Below, piece by piece: positions 25,610-38,414 of a stretch of 64,000 nt of DNA. The stretch covers positions 103,664,001 to 103,728,000 of the forward strand of contig OX597820.1 of assembly GCA_951406725.2 (NCBI GenBank), read 5' to 3'. Source of the stretch: Octopus vulgaris. Taxonomy: Eukaryota. How positions within the stretch are numbered: position 1 is the first letter of the stretch; each line of letters opens with the position of its first letter. The notes under the pieces were generated by a model. That model was not told where the DNA came from. It saw only the letters and a program-made list of their open reading frames with translations, and made no database searches. Position numbers and translations under genes: made by a program.

Positions 25610-25934
25610 AGTTCTATATTTAAGAGATGAAGAATTATGTACATCATTTACATTATTTACATTTGATGGATATTTGTCCTCATCTTGTTTGTTGTTAACA
25701 CGTTTCGGCTGATATACCCTCAAGCTTTCATCAAGTGTCTTGGGGAAATTTCAAACCTGGGTTCTCATTCCTAAGGTATTTTCCGACGCTGTTGTTGTTG
25801 TTGTTGTTGTTGTTATTCAGCTCACTGCCTGGAATCGAACTCGGATTCTAGGGGTTAGTAGCCCGTGCTCTTAACCACTACGCTCTGAGAGAGCATGTGG
25901 CGTAGTGGTTAAGAGCGCGGGCTACTAACCCCTA
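25610..25934 (-). mobile_element. tRNA-headed short element with a hammerhead motif and an inverted partial 5' copy
   Basis: Minus strand: A box gcgtagtggttaagagc, B box gagttcgattcc, (aac)n, then acac TTGATGA a agcttg..tcagcc GAAA cgtgt. Inverted arms 25849-25883/25900-25934, then (TA)n. Confidence 0.7.
25697..25738 (-). ncRNA. Degenerate minimal hammerhead ribozyme
   Basis: Core TTGATGA..GAAA with a partially paired stem II. The cleavage-site/stem I region looks shortened in this copy. Confidence 0.45.
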
Positions 25935-26096
25935 TATATATATATATATTGGTTCAATACGGTAATAACGAATTTTTTAGAAATTTCTATCGGTTTGTTT
26001 CGAGACGCATAAATTATAATGGTAAATTGACAATTTTTGTCTTTTTTTTCGGCATATTTGGCATTAGAATTTTTCTTTTGCCCTTATATTGTAAAT

Positions 26097-26194
<98 letters not shown>

Positions 26195-26387
26195 CCTCCG
26201 TGGAATAGAACTCCTGCAAGTTACCACCTCTTGCTGCTGATGAAGCAACTGGGCTTCCTTCTAAGTATTTGTAATCTACTATTTCTTTTTTCACCCAACC
26301 CCGCTATGTACACTGCATTTTCCAATGAATAAGAATACTTTGAGGTGGTGGTTGTCATATATATTAGCGACAGAAGCAGTGTTAACA

Positions 26388-26624
26388 CCGAGCGGTAATA
26401 TTTATCCACAATTAAACGTGGATGTTCCGTTACAACAAACTATACCATGCGAGAAGCTCTCATATTGACTTTTGGTGCGATATATATCGCCTCCGCTGCC
26501 GTAATAAACAAGTGTGCATTTTGCGCCAAAAGCCAATATGAGAGTTTCTCTCATGGTATCTACCACAGTATAGCTTGTTCTAACAGAACATCCACGTTTA
26601 AGTGGGAATAGATATTACTTCTCG
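26388..26624. mobile_element. MITE / fold-back element
   Basis: Imperfect long inverted arms: ttaaacgtggatgttc / gaacatccacgtttaa and ctctcatattgacttttggtgc / gcgccaaaagccaatatgagag. Confidence 0.65.
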
Positions 26625-27029
26625 ATGATTGTCATATCTTTACAAAATCCATCGATCAGATTCTGCTACATCTAAAGTGTTTACAAACTTCATATAACAC
26701 GTATATGCTATGGAAGAATTGTGTTTATACTTTCTTTTACTGATATAATGAATTTCCTGAATTTCGTCCTTCGTGAGTGAAGATCGCTTACAGCATTGAA
26801 TACTTATTGAACCACTTAGGGAATGGTATATCGTTTCCATTTTTTCATACGAACATTTAATGCCACTGATACAGAAGATAGCAATGCTACTAATAATGCT
26901 ACTGATATAAATATAAACTTATGCTTACTCCTGATGTTCTATTTACATATTTAATGTAATCGGAAGCTGAGAAATACTTCCATGTACGTAAAAACAACTA
27001 AATAGTTAACAAAATTCATATTGTATAAT

Positions 27030-27639
27030 TTTTATTTCTTTATTGCCCACAGGGGGCTAAACATAGAGGGAACAAACAACGACAGAGAAACGGATTAAGT
27101 CGATTATATCGACCCCAGTGTGTAACTGGTACTTATTTAATCGACCCCAAAAGGATGAAAGGCAGAGTCGACCTCGGCGGAATTTGAATTCAGAACGTAA
27201 CGGCAGACGAAATACCTATTTCTTTACTACCCACAAGAGGCTAAACACAGAGAGGACAAACAAGGACAGACAAATGGATTAAGTCGATTACATCGACCCT
27301 AGTGCGTAACTGGTACTTAATTTATCGACCCCGAAAGGATGAAAGGCAAAGTCGACCTCGGCGGAATTTGAACTCACAACGTAACGGCAGACGAAATACC
27401 TATTTCTTTACTACCCACAAGGGGCTAAACACAGGGAGGACAAACAAGTACAGACAAAGGGATTAAGTCGATTATATCGACCCCAGTGCGTAACTGGTAC
27501 TTATTTAATCGACCACGAAAGGATGAAAGGCAAAGGCAAAGTCGACCTCGGCGGAATTTGAACTCAGAACGTAGCGGCCGACGAAATACCGGTAAGCATT
27601 TCGCCCAGCGTCCTGACGATTCTGCCAGCTCGCCGCCCT
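27030..27639 (-). mobile_element. Trimeric tailed SINE A inserted as one unit
   Basis: One head plus three ~180-bp tailed units. 18-bp TSD aaat(t/c)catattgtataat at 27012-27029 and 27640-27657. Confidence 0.85.
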
Positions 27640-28066
27640 AAATCCATATTGTATAATGCAATGACAACCTGACACACTTCAATGTATTCAGAGGAAATGG
27701 AGAAAAGTGTCAATCAGATCAGAAAATGACCGATAAAGTATTTGATAGAGGGATATCAAACGTATCTCGATAAGAGAAACAGGGTACGGTTGTTACAAAT
27801 ATTTTTATATTATAGATAATGCAGTAAAACTTTGCACAACAACGAAATTAGAACCGTCAAGATTACATAGTCACGTCTCCATCCCCCCTCTTTCTCTTTC
27901 TCTCTTTTCTCTCTCTCTCTCTCTCTCTTGCGGTAGACTCGCTCTTCCTCTCTCTTTCCTTCACTTTCAAATGACACCCTGCCGCGTTAAAAAACGTAGA
28001 ACACATTGATCATTGAAGTAATAGATATACAAATACAAGTGGGGGGCAATTGTAATGGCAAAACGG

Positions 28067-28092
28067 CAACAGCAGCAGCAGCAGCAGCAGCG

Positions 28093-28126
<34 letters not shown>

Positions 28127-28129
28127 CGA

Positions 28130-28168
<39 letters not shown>
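28067..28168. repeat. (CAG)/(CAA) compound microsatellite
   Basis: Direct inspection. Confidence 0.9.
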
Positions 28169-28170
<2 letters not shown>

Positions 28171-28402
28171 GCCGTAGTAGCAAAAATCAAAAAGCAGAAG
28201 TACTAAGATATTAGTATGTCAGTGTTTTCAAAAATACTGACAGATTTATTAATGATAGAAAATAGTATATCAAAACAATGGGGAAAGAAATACTGATAAA
28301 TATCAGCAATCGAGTAAATATAAAGACATACACAAAATTGAAGAACTTGAACAATCAGATACAGGCACAATGTCTCGGTTGAAAATATTATAATCCACGT
28401 AC

Positions 28403-28455
<53 letters not shown>

Positions 28456-28516
28456 ATATATACATATATATGTATGTATGCATGTATATATATACATATA
28501 TATGTATGTATGTATG

Positions 28517-28582
<66 letters not shown>

Positions 28583-28583
<1 letters not shown>

Positions 28584-28990
28584 TTTTATTCTTTTACTTG
28601 CTGCAGTCATTTGACTGCGGCCATGCTGGAGCACCGCCTCTAGTCGAACGAATCGACCCCAGGACTTAGTCTTTGTAAGCCTAGTACTTATTTTATCGTC
28701 TCTTTTGTCGATCCGCTAAATTACGGGAACGTAAACACACTAACATCGCCTGTCAAGCAATAGTTGGGGAACAAGCACAAACATATATACAAACACACAC
28801 ACACACATATATATATATATATGTATATGATGGGCTTCTTTCAGTTTCCATCTACCAAATCCACTCACAAGGATTTGGTCAACCCGAGGCTATAGTTGAA
28901 GACACTTGCCCAAGGTATCACGCAGTGGGACTGAACCTGGAACCATGTGCTTGAGTAGCAAGCTTTTTACCATACAGCCACGCACCGCCT
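28583..28990 (-). mobile_element. SINE family D, near full length
   Basis: Same blocks as 20222 and 22365, including the tRNA-like head at 28920-28990. Confidence 0.8.
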
Positions 28991-31745
28991 ATATGATTTG
29001 TATTTACCGGAATATTCTCCTGATGAGAATAATGAAAGTGTTGTGTTGTTTATATCCGTTATTCCATGATACGATATATGATATAGTATAATATCCTTTA
29101 TTTCACGATACGGTATATGATATAGTATAAGTTTCTGACTTCGAGAATTGATCAAAATTTTTTTTTAATTGTGAATTTTATGTCATGTCACCCGCAGACA
29201 GCGTTATTGGGAAGAGAAAAATATGAGTGATTATGGTAGTTTTATAGCAGTTTGCAAGGATCTTTGTCACCCTCTCCGTTGTAATTATGATTTATATATT
29301 TATTTGTTAGCATGCTTGACCATTGATATATTCATGGACAATTTTTAAATTAAAGTGGTTTGTTGCCAATTTAATGTGGCAGTCCCAGGAAAGGGAAGAA
29401 TGCTACTGCTATTTCAACCCCAAGAAACACCGTTTCTATTTGGCTACGTGACACAAGCGTTCTGTGTCCTTAAGTTTCCAAACAGGAAAGATAAGCACCT
29501 CCACCCAACAAAGCCAGCAATCAGAGACTAGTTTCAGAGTCATTGCTCTACATGTTCCAGCAAAACGAATGCACACATGTCTTTTTTAGTAGGGTTGAAG
29601 AAAAACTAGATAATAACAATAGCGATTAGGATCTATATCTATAGAAAAATATGAAGATGGTTAATACTAAAAGTACAGCAAAATGAATAATCGTTGCCAA
29701 GAAACATCTACAAAATCTTTGAATTGTTGGCAAAAGTGATACTACAAAATTTTCTCACCAGTCAAGTAATTTATGCATGACATAAATAACAGAAATGGGC
29801 GGAAAAAATGCACTTACAGATAAGTATTTTAATATATACAACCTATACATATTGGTTTAAACAAATATACACACTGTTCAAACACGAGAGTTATTGTATT
29901 TCATGAAATGCTTTAAATTCTCTTTGATAGCGTATCGTTTCCGAGAAATACTTTCCATATTTCATTATTTGATTACAGCCGTCAGATGTGCAGTCCAATA
30001 TAATATAACTTCATCGAGAGAAATATAACATGTTAAGTTGGTCTACGAATACTTAGCATCGGTGATAGATAATCAAATGAATTAGTTCATATATACCACT
30101 AGACGCTTTACTTCAAGTATCTAATTAGCATAGCAAGATTTTTTATAAAGTTATGAAAACCTTATTCGTAGGGAAGGGGCTACAGTCTATCTAAATGGTC
30201 CTTATAACATGACTGATACTTATTTTGTTGACGATAGCAGAAAGGTGCAATAAACCTTCTGAGATTTTGAACTTAGAACTTTGAAAGTGAAGAAAATATA
30301 TAAGTCAAGAAATTTTGTTCAGTTTTCAAGTATTTTTGCCACTACAGCTTTTCCGCCAAAATATGAAAAGGACAAAGAAAACGAATTAATATCGCTAGAG
30401 ATTCTACAGTTTCAACTTCTAATTCTTCTTCAGGAGTGGCCCTTGACCTTTTTGGTTGTACCCTTTTTGTGGGACATTTTGAGACCACAAGGAGACGGCA
30501 AATGTCATGAGAGCACTTTAGGAGGTGCTGGATGTTTAGAGTAGTCGTGATTTTTCTCAGAAATAACGTATTTAAACCAGGCACAAGACTTTACATTTGA
30601 AACACATTATCAAAAGAAACGTTTTCGGGATTAGAATATATGCAGGACATAGTGTTACCTGTGGAGAAAAGAACATGACAGATGATATGCCAAAGTCTCA
30701 TATAATTTCATAGTATAAATTTGTGCCTTGCTTTGTAATTTCCGTAAACATTTTAAATAGTAGATACTAGCCCACGCAAATATCTAAAAGGAGACAATGT
30801 TAGATGGAGGTAGTACAAAACATATAAAACACTGCTCAGAATTAGCTTCCTTTGATTGAAATATTATACCCTTGGGTGTATTTTTTTTTAATAGATACGA
30901 GGTGAAAGTGTTTGTAAAATGTCATTTAGTAAAAGGGGTCGCTGAAATACAAAAGATTGAAAACCACTATTCTAGAGAAAACTTAATTTCGTTTGTGACA
31001 AATTTAGAGTAAACCTAGTATCAGGTTCATGTGTATTTACCACGAACATAGAGCAATCCCAAAACCAATACACGCTTTTTATTTAAAGCTAAATATTTTG
31101 AACCACCTCTTTGCTATACAGTAACAGTGTGTAAGTCATTTCAGCCATAGACACAAGTCTAGAGCAGTGACAATAAACAGGATGCAAATCATTTGTGCCA
31201 CAGACACAAGTTTTTACTAAAAACACAGAGTGACAGTAACAGTATGCAAATTGCGGACTCGCCTGCTTACAGATCCGGCATTCTTATCCCACACAGATGC
31301 CACCCCCAGCTCTACAGTTGCTTCACTGATATTAATTGGTAGAAAAGAAACAAGCTTCTTCAACAAAGTGAAAAGTTGCTTTCGACAAAATAGTTTGCTT
31401 TGTTATGTAAAAGTAAAAATAAGATAGATTTTTAAAAAAAATGCATTTGAAGTATTCAGGACTTCATGCTTGTTATGTTTAAGTAATGAGTAAACAGTTA
31501 TAAAATATTTTTTAACAATTAATGCATTAGTTAAGGCTGAAAGCCGACTGTAAATAATCGTAAGTGAACATTTTATATCACACCCAGATAATTACAGAGA
31601 CAAAATATAACGTAAAAACAAAACATTACAAAGAAAATATTCCAGAATAATTTTGATATTTTTTAATTACTGCTCTCTGAAACCAAATGTGTTCCTTTTT
31701 TACAATGACGGTCTGTTTCAGCGTGTGAGCGTACACACACACAAT

Positions 31746-31817
<72 letters not shown>

Positions 31818-31932
31818 ACACACACACACATACATATACACACACATAGACTGACCGGCAAACAGAGATAGACGGACACACAGACAGACATAAGACAGGC
31901 AGACAGACAGACACACAGATAGATAGACACAC

Positions 31933-31979
<47 letters not shown>

Positions 31980-32237
31980 TAGAAAGATTGATAGAACACG
32001 CATTCAATGAAACATATATATCACTTATCATAAAATACAAATGTTCTTTTGTTCGGGGAGACAGAGGGATACTAAAATGACAAATGGAAAGAAAGTGAGA
32101 AGCAGTAAGAGACGTTAAATTCAGATGAGGGTAAGTGATAGAATTATAATAACAGTGGCTAGGGTAGCAGGCACTGAGATCAAAATGAAACTGCAAATAT
32201 CCCGTGTAGATTTTGCGACAAATATATTTCCCTTACC

Positions 32238-32625
32238 AGTGGCTGTGTGGTAAGAAGCTAGCTTCCAATAGTTCTGGGTTCAGTCCCACTGCGTGGAATC
32301 TTGGGCCGACCAAAGCTTTGTGAGTAGATTTGCTAAACGGAAACTGAAAGAAGCCCGTCGTATGTATATATGTGTGTATGTGTGTGTGTGTGTACTAGCA
32401 TGCGCGCGCGCGTTTGTGTATGCGTCTGTGTCTGTACCCCAATCATAGCTTGAAAGCCGATGCTGGTGTGTTTACGTCCCCGTAACTTAGCGGTTCGGCA
32501 AAAGATACCAATAGAAAAAGTACTAGGCTTACAAAGAATAAGTCCTGGGGTCAATTTATTCAGATAAAAAAAAATATTCAAGGCGGTGCTCCGGCATGGC
32601 CGCAGTCAAATGACTAAAATAAAAA
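32238..32625 (+). mobile_element. SINE family D
   Basis: ggctgtgtggtaagaagc...gggttcagtcccactgcgtgg...ggccgcagtcaaatgact. Confidence 0.8.
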
Positions 32626-33489
32626 AAAGAAATAATCCTACTACGTCCTGACACATTTACACGTAAACATAGCTTTTTATTGTTTTGTTTACTGAATTTT
32701 GTAAATAAGAACAGTTATTCTCATTTAGTCCTAGAATCCCAAGTAATGTCGTTTACTGAGGAAGCAAAACCATGACAAAACACCGGTGTTTGAAAGTCTA
32801 CTGACGTCGCTGGAGTGAGTATGTCGATTACACACACGATCTAAAGGGAGAAGCCCAATAGCAGAAAGCTCTGTTCACGTCCAAGTCTGCCGAGGTATGT
32901 TATGAATGGTTATGTACATCACTGTTTTGATCCTCAGTTTTGCGTGCTCATAGTAATTTGATATTTTGAGAAAATAAAGAGAATTGAAGGCAAAAGAATA
33001 TGTGTCGATCTTTAATAGTGGAGAGTTCACACACTGATACATGAGATCAAATACACACATGTGCGTGCTCGCACACACAGATATGCACACATAAGCGAAA
33101 CAATTTTTGTTTAAATAATAACAAAATACATTGAAGGTTGTTTCAGTACTAGTAACTTTAAAAAGCAAATTTAATATTCATTTCATATACGTGTGTGTGT
33201 GTGTGTGTGTGTGAAAGAGACAAGGTGGTAGGCGAACAAAGTGTAGTTGTGCCTGTAAGTAAAAGGTGTGAAAGTACGGGGCAGAGGTGATCGAAGTAAG
33301 GTGTATGTTTGTTTATGTATTAGCTGTGTTTGTGTATAGAAGGTGTGTGCGGTTGTGTGTATGAAAAATGAGGTGTGGGTCATAGGGAGAGTGAGGAGGG
33401 CGTGAATACTTTACAGTAGGGGCTGCGGGATAGAAGAAGGAGCAAAGAGAAAACGTGTATCATTCTCGAGAAGATGCAAAAAAGTGCAA

Positions 33490-33750
33490 GTTATAAAAAG
33501 TGAGGTGGTGGATTAAAACCAAAGTCCGTGTACGTTTTGAGTGAAAAGACGAGCTACTGTTCCTTCTAAATGTGAGTGATGGGACATCCAGTGTCAGAGA
33601 CCAAGCTGAAGAGCGACAGGTAATGGATGGAGTGGTCAGAGTAATGGAAATATCGAGAGACAGGTGACCCGTTGCCATACTGGGTGCTCCGGATGTACTT
33701 CACCAACATATCGGATGAAATTGCAGAGGGTATTGGAGTGCATTTATGAA
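33490..33750 (-). pseudogene. Degenerate Neptune-type PLE GIY-YIG C-terminal fragment
   Basis: Minus translation GSPVSRYFHYSDHSIHYLSLFSL...KEQ*LVFSLKTYTDFGFNPPPHFL* aligns with DTPVSRHFRSTGHSLQHLSVFGL...REQELIFSLRSYTPFGLNSPP of the 38.4-41.1 kb element. Confidence 0.75.
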
Positions 33751-33929
33751 ATTTTTGAGAGTACATCAGAAAGAGTTCATATATGTGTGTATGCGTGTGT
33801 GCGCGTGCACAAATGTGTATAGGAACTCTTTCTGATGCACTCTCAAGAACTTTATAAATGCACTCCAATGCATGTATACATACATATACATATAAATATA
33901 CATACATATATATATATATACATATATAT

Positions 33930-34010
<81 letters not shown>

Positions 34011-34096
34011 GATCTGTTGTATATAAATATATGCGAGTCTGGGTGCGAGTATTTGTATGAGTGTGTGTATGTACGTATATATATATAGTATATATA

Positions 34097-34182
34097 TTTC
34101 CTTTCCTGAGCGTCCAATAACACTATACTTGTTCCACGTCCTCACGTTGTTGTGTTTTTCCTTTGTGTTTTCGTGCTTGGAT

Positions 34183-34188
<6 letters not shown>
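34097..34188 (+). mobile_element. PLE pLTR 3'-end fragment in (TA)n
   Basis: tttcctgagcgtccaataa..cgtcctcacgttgttgtg..ttggattaac matches the minus strand of 58021-58095. tttcctgagcg is shared with the PLE 3' end near 41012. Confidence 0.65.
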
Positions 34189-34257
<69 letters not shown>

Positions 34258-34880
34258 GTATATATATATATACATGTATATATGTATGTGCATGCATACG
34301 TCTTGATATATGTAATATATTCATGGGTGTGTAAGCATATACATAAGCGCGTGCACATCTGTACATGTGTGTGTAAATGTAAATATGTGTGTGAGCATGT
34401 ATGTGTATATATGTAGATATATACAAAATGATGTACGTGTACTTGTAAGCTAACCAACAGATTGACCAATGAATTCTTGAAGGTCAGCCAAGGGCAATTA
34501 CAAGTATAACCAACCATGAAGAATATATCAACAGTATAAAGAAATCAAGTGCCATTCCATACACACAATCAAAGCAGTTTATCAACAGACTTTCACCGGC
34601 AAAAAATTTCTTGAAACACTCAGTGGCTACGACTAACTCGCAGGCCACGACAGACACAAAGGATGTACTTGAAGCCGAGCATTTGAGTTTACAGAGACAA
34701 TATTTATATATCGCCTGAAGTAACAACCGTATTTGATTTATATATCGCCTGAAGTTACAACCGCATCTGATTGTTCAAGTACATCAATTCTGTGTACGTA
34801 CATATATTTACTAGATTGCTGACATTTATTAATGGTCTCTCCCATTGTTTTGATGCACCATTTTGTATCAAACTTAAGTA

Positions 34881-35066
34881 ATACTAATAAAAAAGGGTTC
34901 AGCAAAGAATTGCTTCACCACACACCGAAGCTCAAAAATAGCAGCCAAAAATCTTAGCTATTTCTTCCACTTTAGAGTAGAAGAAATAGCTAAGATTTTT
35001 GGCTGCTATTTTTGAGCTTCGGTGTGTGGTGAAGCAATTCTTTGCTGAACCTTTTTTTATTAGTAT
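34881..35066. repeat. Near-perfect fold-back, ~87-bp arms, 12-nt loop, ending in (TA)n
   Basis: 34881-34967 versus 34980-35066. Confidence 0.8.
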
Positions 35067-35346
35067 ATATATATAACCAGCAAAAAATCGTTACTGATAA
35101 ATTTATCTACAGAGTGGGTATATTAATTATTTATGCAGTACAATGTTATAGTTTTATTTTAGCCGATTTTATCAATCAGTTTTGTACATGAAAGTCTTGG
35201 AAAGTATTAGCACTCATCTAAATGGATAGTGAGAAAAGTATGGAGTGCGCATTGGAGTTCAGAAAGTGCTATGTCCGGTTTTGAAGTGTCGTAAAAAAAC
35301 GGACCGAAAATTCCTTGGAGAAAAACAGAGTGGAAGATGTTGCTTG

Positions 35347-35760
35347 GGATCTTTTCGGTTTGAACGGCAGTTTTTTCTAGCGGTGTCATATGAAATTGTC
35401 ACCCATAATTATGACCCTAGTATTGATCTATTGCATTTCAATCTGTTTTAGGGTTAGGGTTAGGGTTAGGGGTGGGGGAAGAATATATTTTTTTCTTCAC
35501 AAATGTAAATAAACCAAAACTGTTTCTTAAACGAGGAACATATTCATACGGCACAGAATGCTTTTTACCTCAATAGAAATATTTGATTGGTTGAAATTGC
35601 AGAAATTGCAGAAAAAGAACAACAAATATCTTATAATTTTCTCAATAAAGCCAAGAGAAAAAGATGTTTTATAAACACATTCTACCAGTATACGAAGTTT
35701 AAAAGTGTTTAGTTACGTGGAAATTATTTTAAAAAACTGCCGTTCAAACCGAAAAGATCT
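35347..35760. mobile_element. MITE with internal (TTAGGG)n, copy 1
   Basis: TIRs gatcttttcggtttgaacggcagtttttt / aaaaaactgccgttcaaaccgaaaagatc; ttagggttagggttagggttagggg at about 35448-35472. Confidence 0.85.
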
Positions 35761-36176
35761 GTTACTTGTTAGAGATATGCCTTTTGATTCAGATCAGAAA
35801 GTGCTGTATGGTATATGAGTTAATGAAATACCTCTAGAATTGGGTTGGGCTGGGATGAAGATGAAGTCACTAGTGAGGAAAAGAGGGATAGTGGTGGGTC
35901 AATTTTACAATCATGTGTGGACGTGGACACATATTTAAATGTAATAAGGCTGCGTTTCGCAAACCACTCAGATTATGGTGAGGAGAAATATTGGTTGCGG
36001 AAGCTTTATCGTTTATATTTACAAGCGTTCCACCTCCAAACTCAGAATATTTTCATTCACATATATACATACACATATGTACACATACATATATAGATGT
36101 ATATACATACATATATATGTGTCTATATATACAATATTTAAAGGGATAATGCATAGATATAAATACACACAGATAC

Positions 36177-36339
<163 letters not shown>

Positions 36340-36681
36340 CCGACTAACACGTGTAGAGGAAGACAACACGTATCGCACACGTGTGCACACATTTGTGCGC
36401 TCACCCTCCCTCCCCTTCTCTCTCTTTCCCTCTCTCTCTCTCTCTCTCTCTCACTCTCTCTGTCCCTCTCAGATATATAAAACATAAGGAACAGGCAAAA
36501 AAAATTGGAAGCGTTGCGAATGAACCAGCTGTAATACTGAATGGAAATATCAAGTCAAATTAAGTGCACAGTCTGGAAGTGGTTGCTGACAACACGTGTG
36601 TTTAGACTTATAAAGGAAAAAATATTGAACGGTTTTATTGTAAATGAGGAGATAAATCTATCTTCAGTAAGCACTTCTAAT

Positions 36682-37122
36682 GGATCTTTTCGGTTTGAAC
36701 GGCAGTTTTTTCTAGCAGTGTCATATGAAATTGTCAGCCATAACTATGACCCTAATATCGATCTATTGCATTTCAATCTGTTTTAGGGTTTGGGTTAGTT
36801 AAGGTTAGTTCGGGTTAGTTAGGGCTAGAGTTATGGTTAGGGGTGGGGGGGAAGGGTATCTTTTTTTCTTCACAAATGTAAATAAACCCAATCTGTTTCT
36901 TAAACGAGGGACATATTCATTCGGCGCAGAATGTTTCTTTTACCTCAATAGACGTATTTGATTGGTTGAAATTGCAGAAATATCTCACAAACTATAGAAT
37001 TTTCTCAATAAAGCCAAGAGAAAAAGATGTTTTATAAACACATTCTACCAGTATACGAAGTTTAACATTTTTTAGTTACCTAGAAATTATGTTAAAAACT
37101 GCCGTTCAAACCGAAAAGATCC
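36682..37122. mobile_element. MITE with internal TTAGGG-like repeats, copy 2
   Basis: Same TIRs and body as 35347-35760, with a longer degenerate telomere-like tract. Confidence 0.85.
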
Positions 37123-37175
37123 CTTTTAATTTACGCATACCCTGACTCTCTGTCTGTTTTTCTGTCTGTCTGTCA

Positions 37176-37241
<66 letters not shown>

Positions 37242-37246
37242 ATATG

Positions 37247-37382
<136 letters not shown>

Positions 37383-38322
37383 CCTCCGTAATGGAATTAT
37401 ATCTATTAACATACCTACCCACATACTACTTCATAATTACATGGGTATATTCATACAGTAATGGTGATACTCGTTGGCGAATATCACCATCACCAATAAA
37501 TCTTATCCTTGATGTTAATGACAATGGCTATCTGCAATGATTGTGCTGAAATTTACAGCCAAATAACAGCTTGCACAACACTGCTTGGGCTTTCACCAGC
37601 AAAGCCAAGTAGTTCAGAAACAAGCAGGCGTGAGATCTGCTTCGCAATGAGACGGAAGTTATTCCGGAATCTCCTTCTAGAGAAACATCTAAACAAAGAC
37701 CAAGAGTCTGTCATTCCCAACTGTGTTTTATGTCCTGCGAAGATTTAACAGGGTCTCCGGTTTAGGCGCCAACAGCTCGTCCATGCGACAGGTTGTACTA
37801 GGTTACATATAACCAGTAGCATTAAGAATGATCTGACATACATATATATGTACAATCGTGCATACACATACATACGCATACAAACCATACAAACGCCTGT
37901 TTTACATATTTGTGTGTAAGTAAACCTAACAAACACACACGCACGCATAATTAAGTAAATATTTTATATGCGTCAGTGAAGACACATATATATATATGTA
38001 TGTATGTATATATTATGTATGTATGTATGTATGTATGTATGTATGTATGTATGTATGTATGTATGTATGTGGACTGAATGGACTATGCGCATACGCACAT
38101 AAGGAGCACACACGAGGACAGAAAGTGTCACCGGAGAGGTCACGAAAGATTTCCGGACAATGGACATAAGTTAAAATAAGAACTGTAATAAATGAATGAA
38201 GAACGAATATATAGTGTGTTTGTTTATTTGGCAAACAAAAAAATGACCGTCTCGAAATACAACAATATCTGTTTCAAAACGCGGTTTCACATCGGGAATC
38301 TTGCAACACAAATTCATAAACG

Positions 38323-38413
<91 letters not shown>

Positions 38414-38414
<1 letters not shown>

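Noticed and set aside
25822-25883. Functional tRNA gene (likewise 12009-12075 and 57070-57140)
   Set aside because: No proper acceptor stem or terminator, and each continues into a repeat body. These are SINE heads.
27030-27639. Tandem ~180-bp units as a hammerhead retrozyme or CRISPR-like array
   Set aside because: No CUGANGA/GAAA fold was found on either strand and there are no unique spacers. The units are SINE bodies.
29015-29045. ctgatgagaataatgaaag, and ctgatga at about 26238
   Set aside because: No supporting stems; chance matches to the core.
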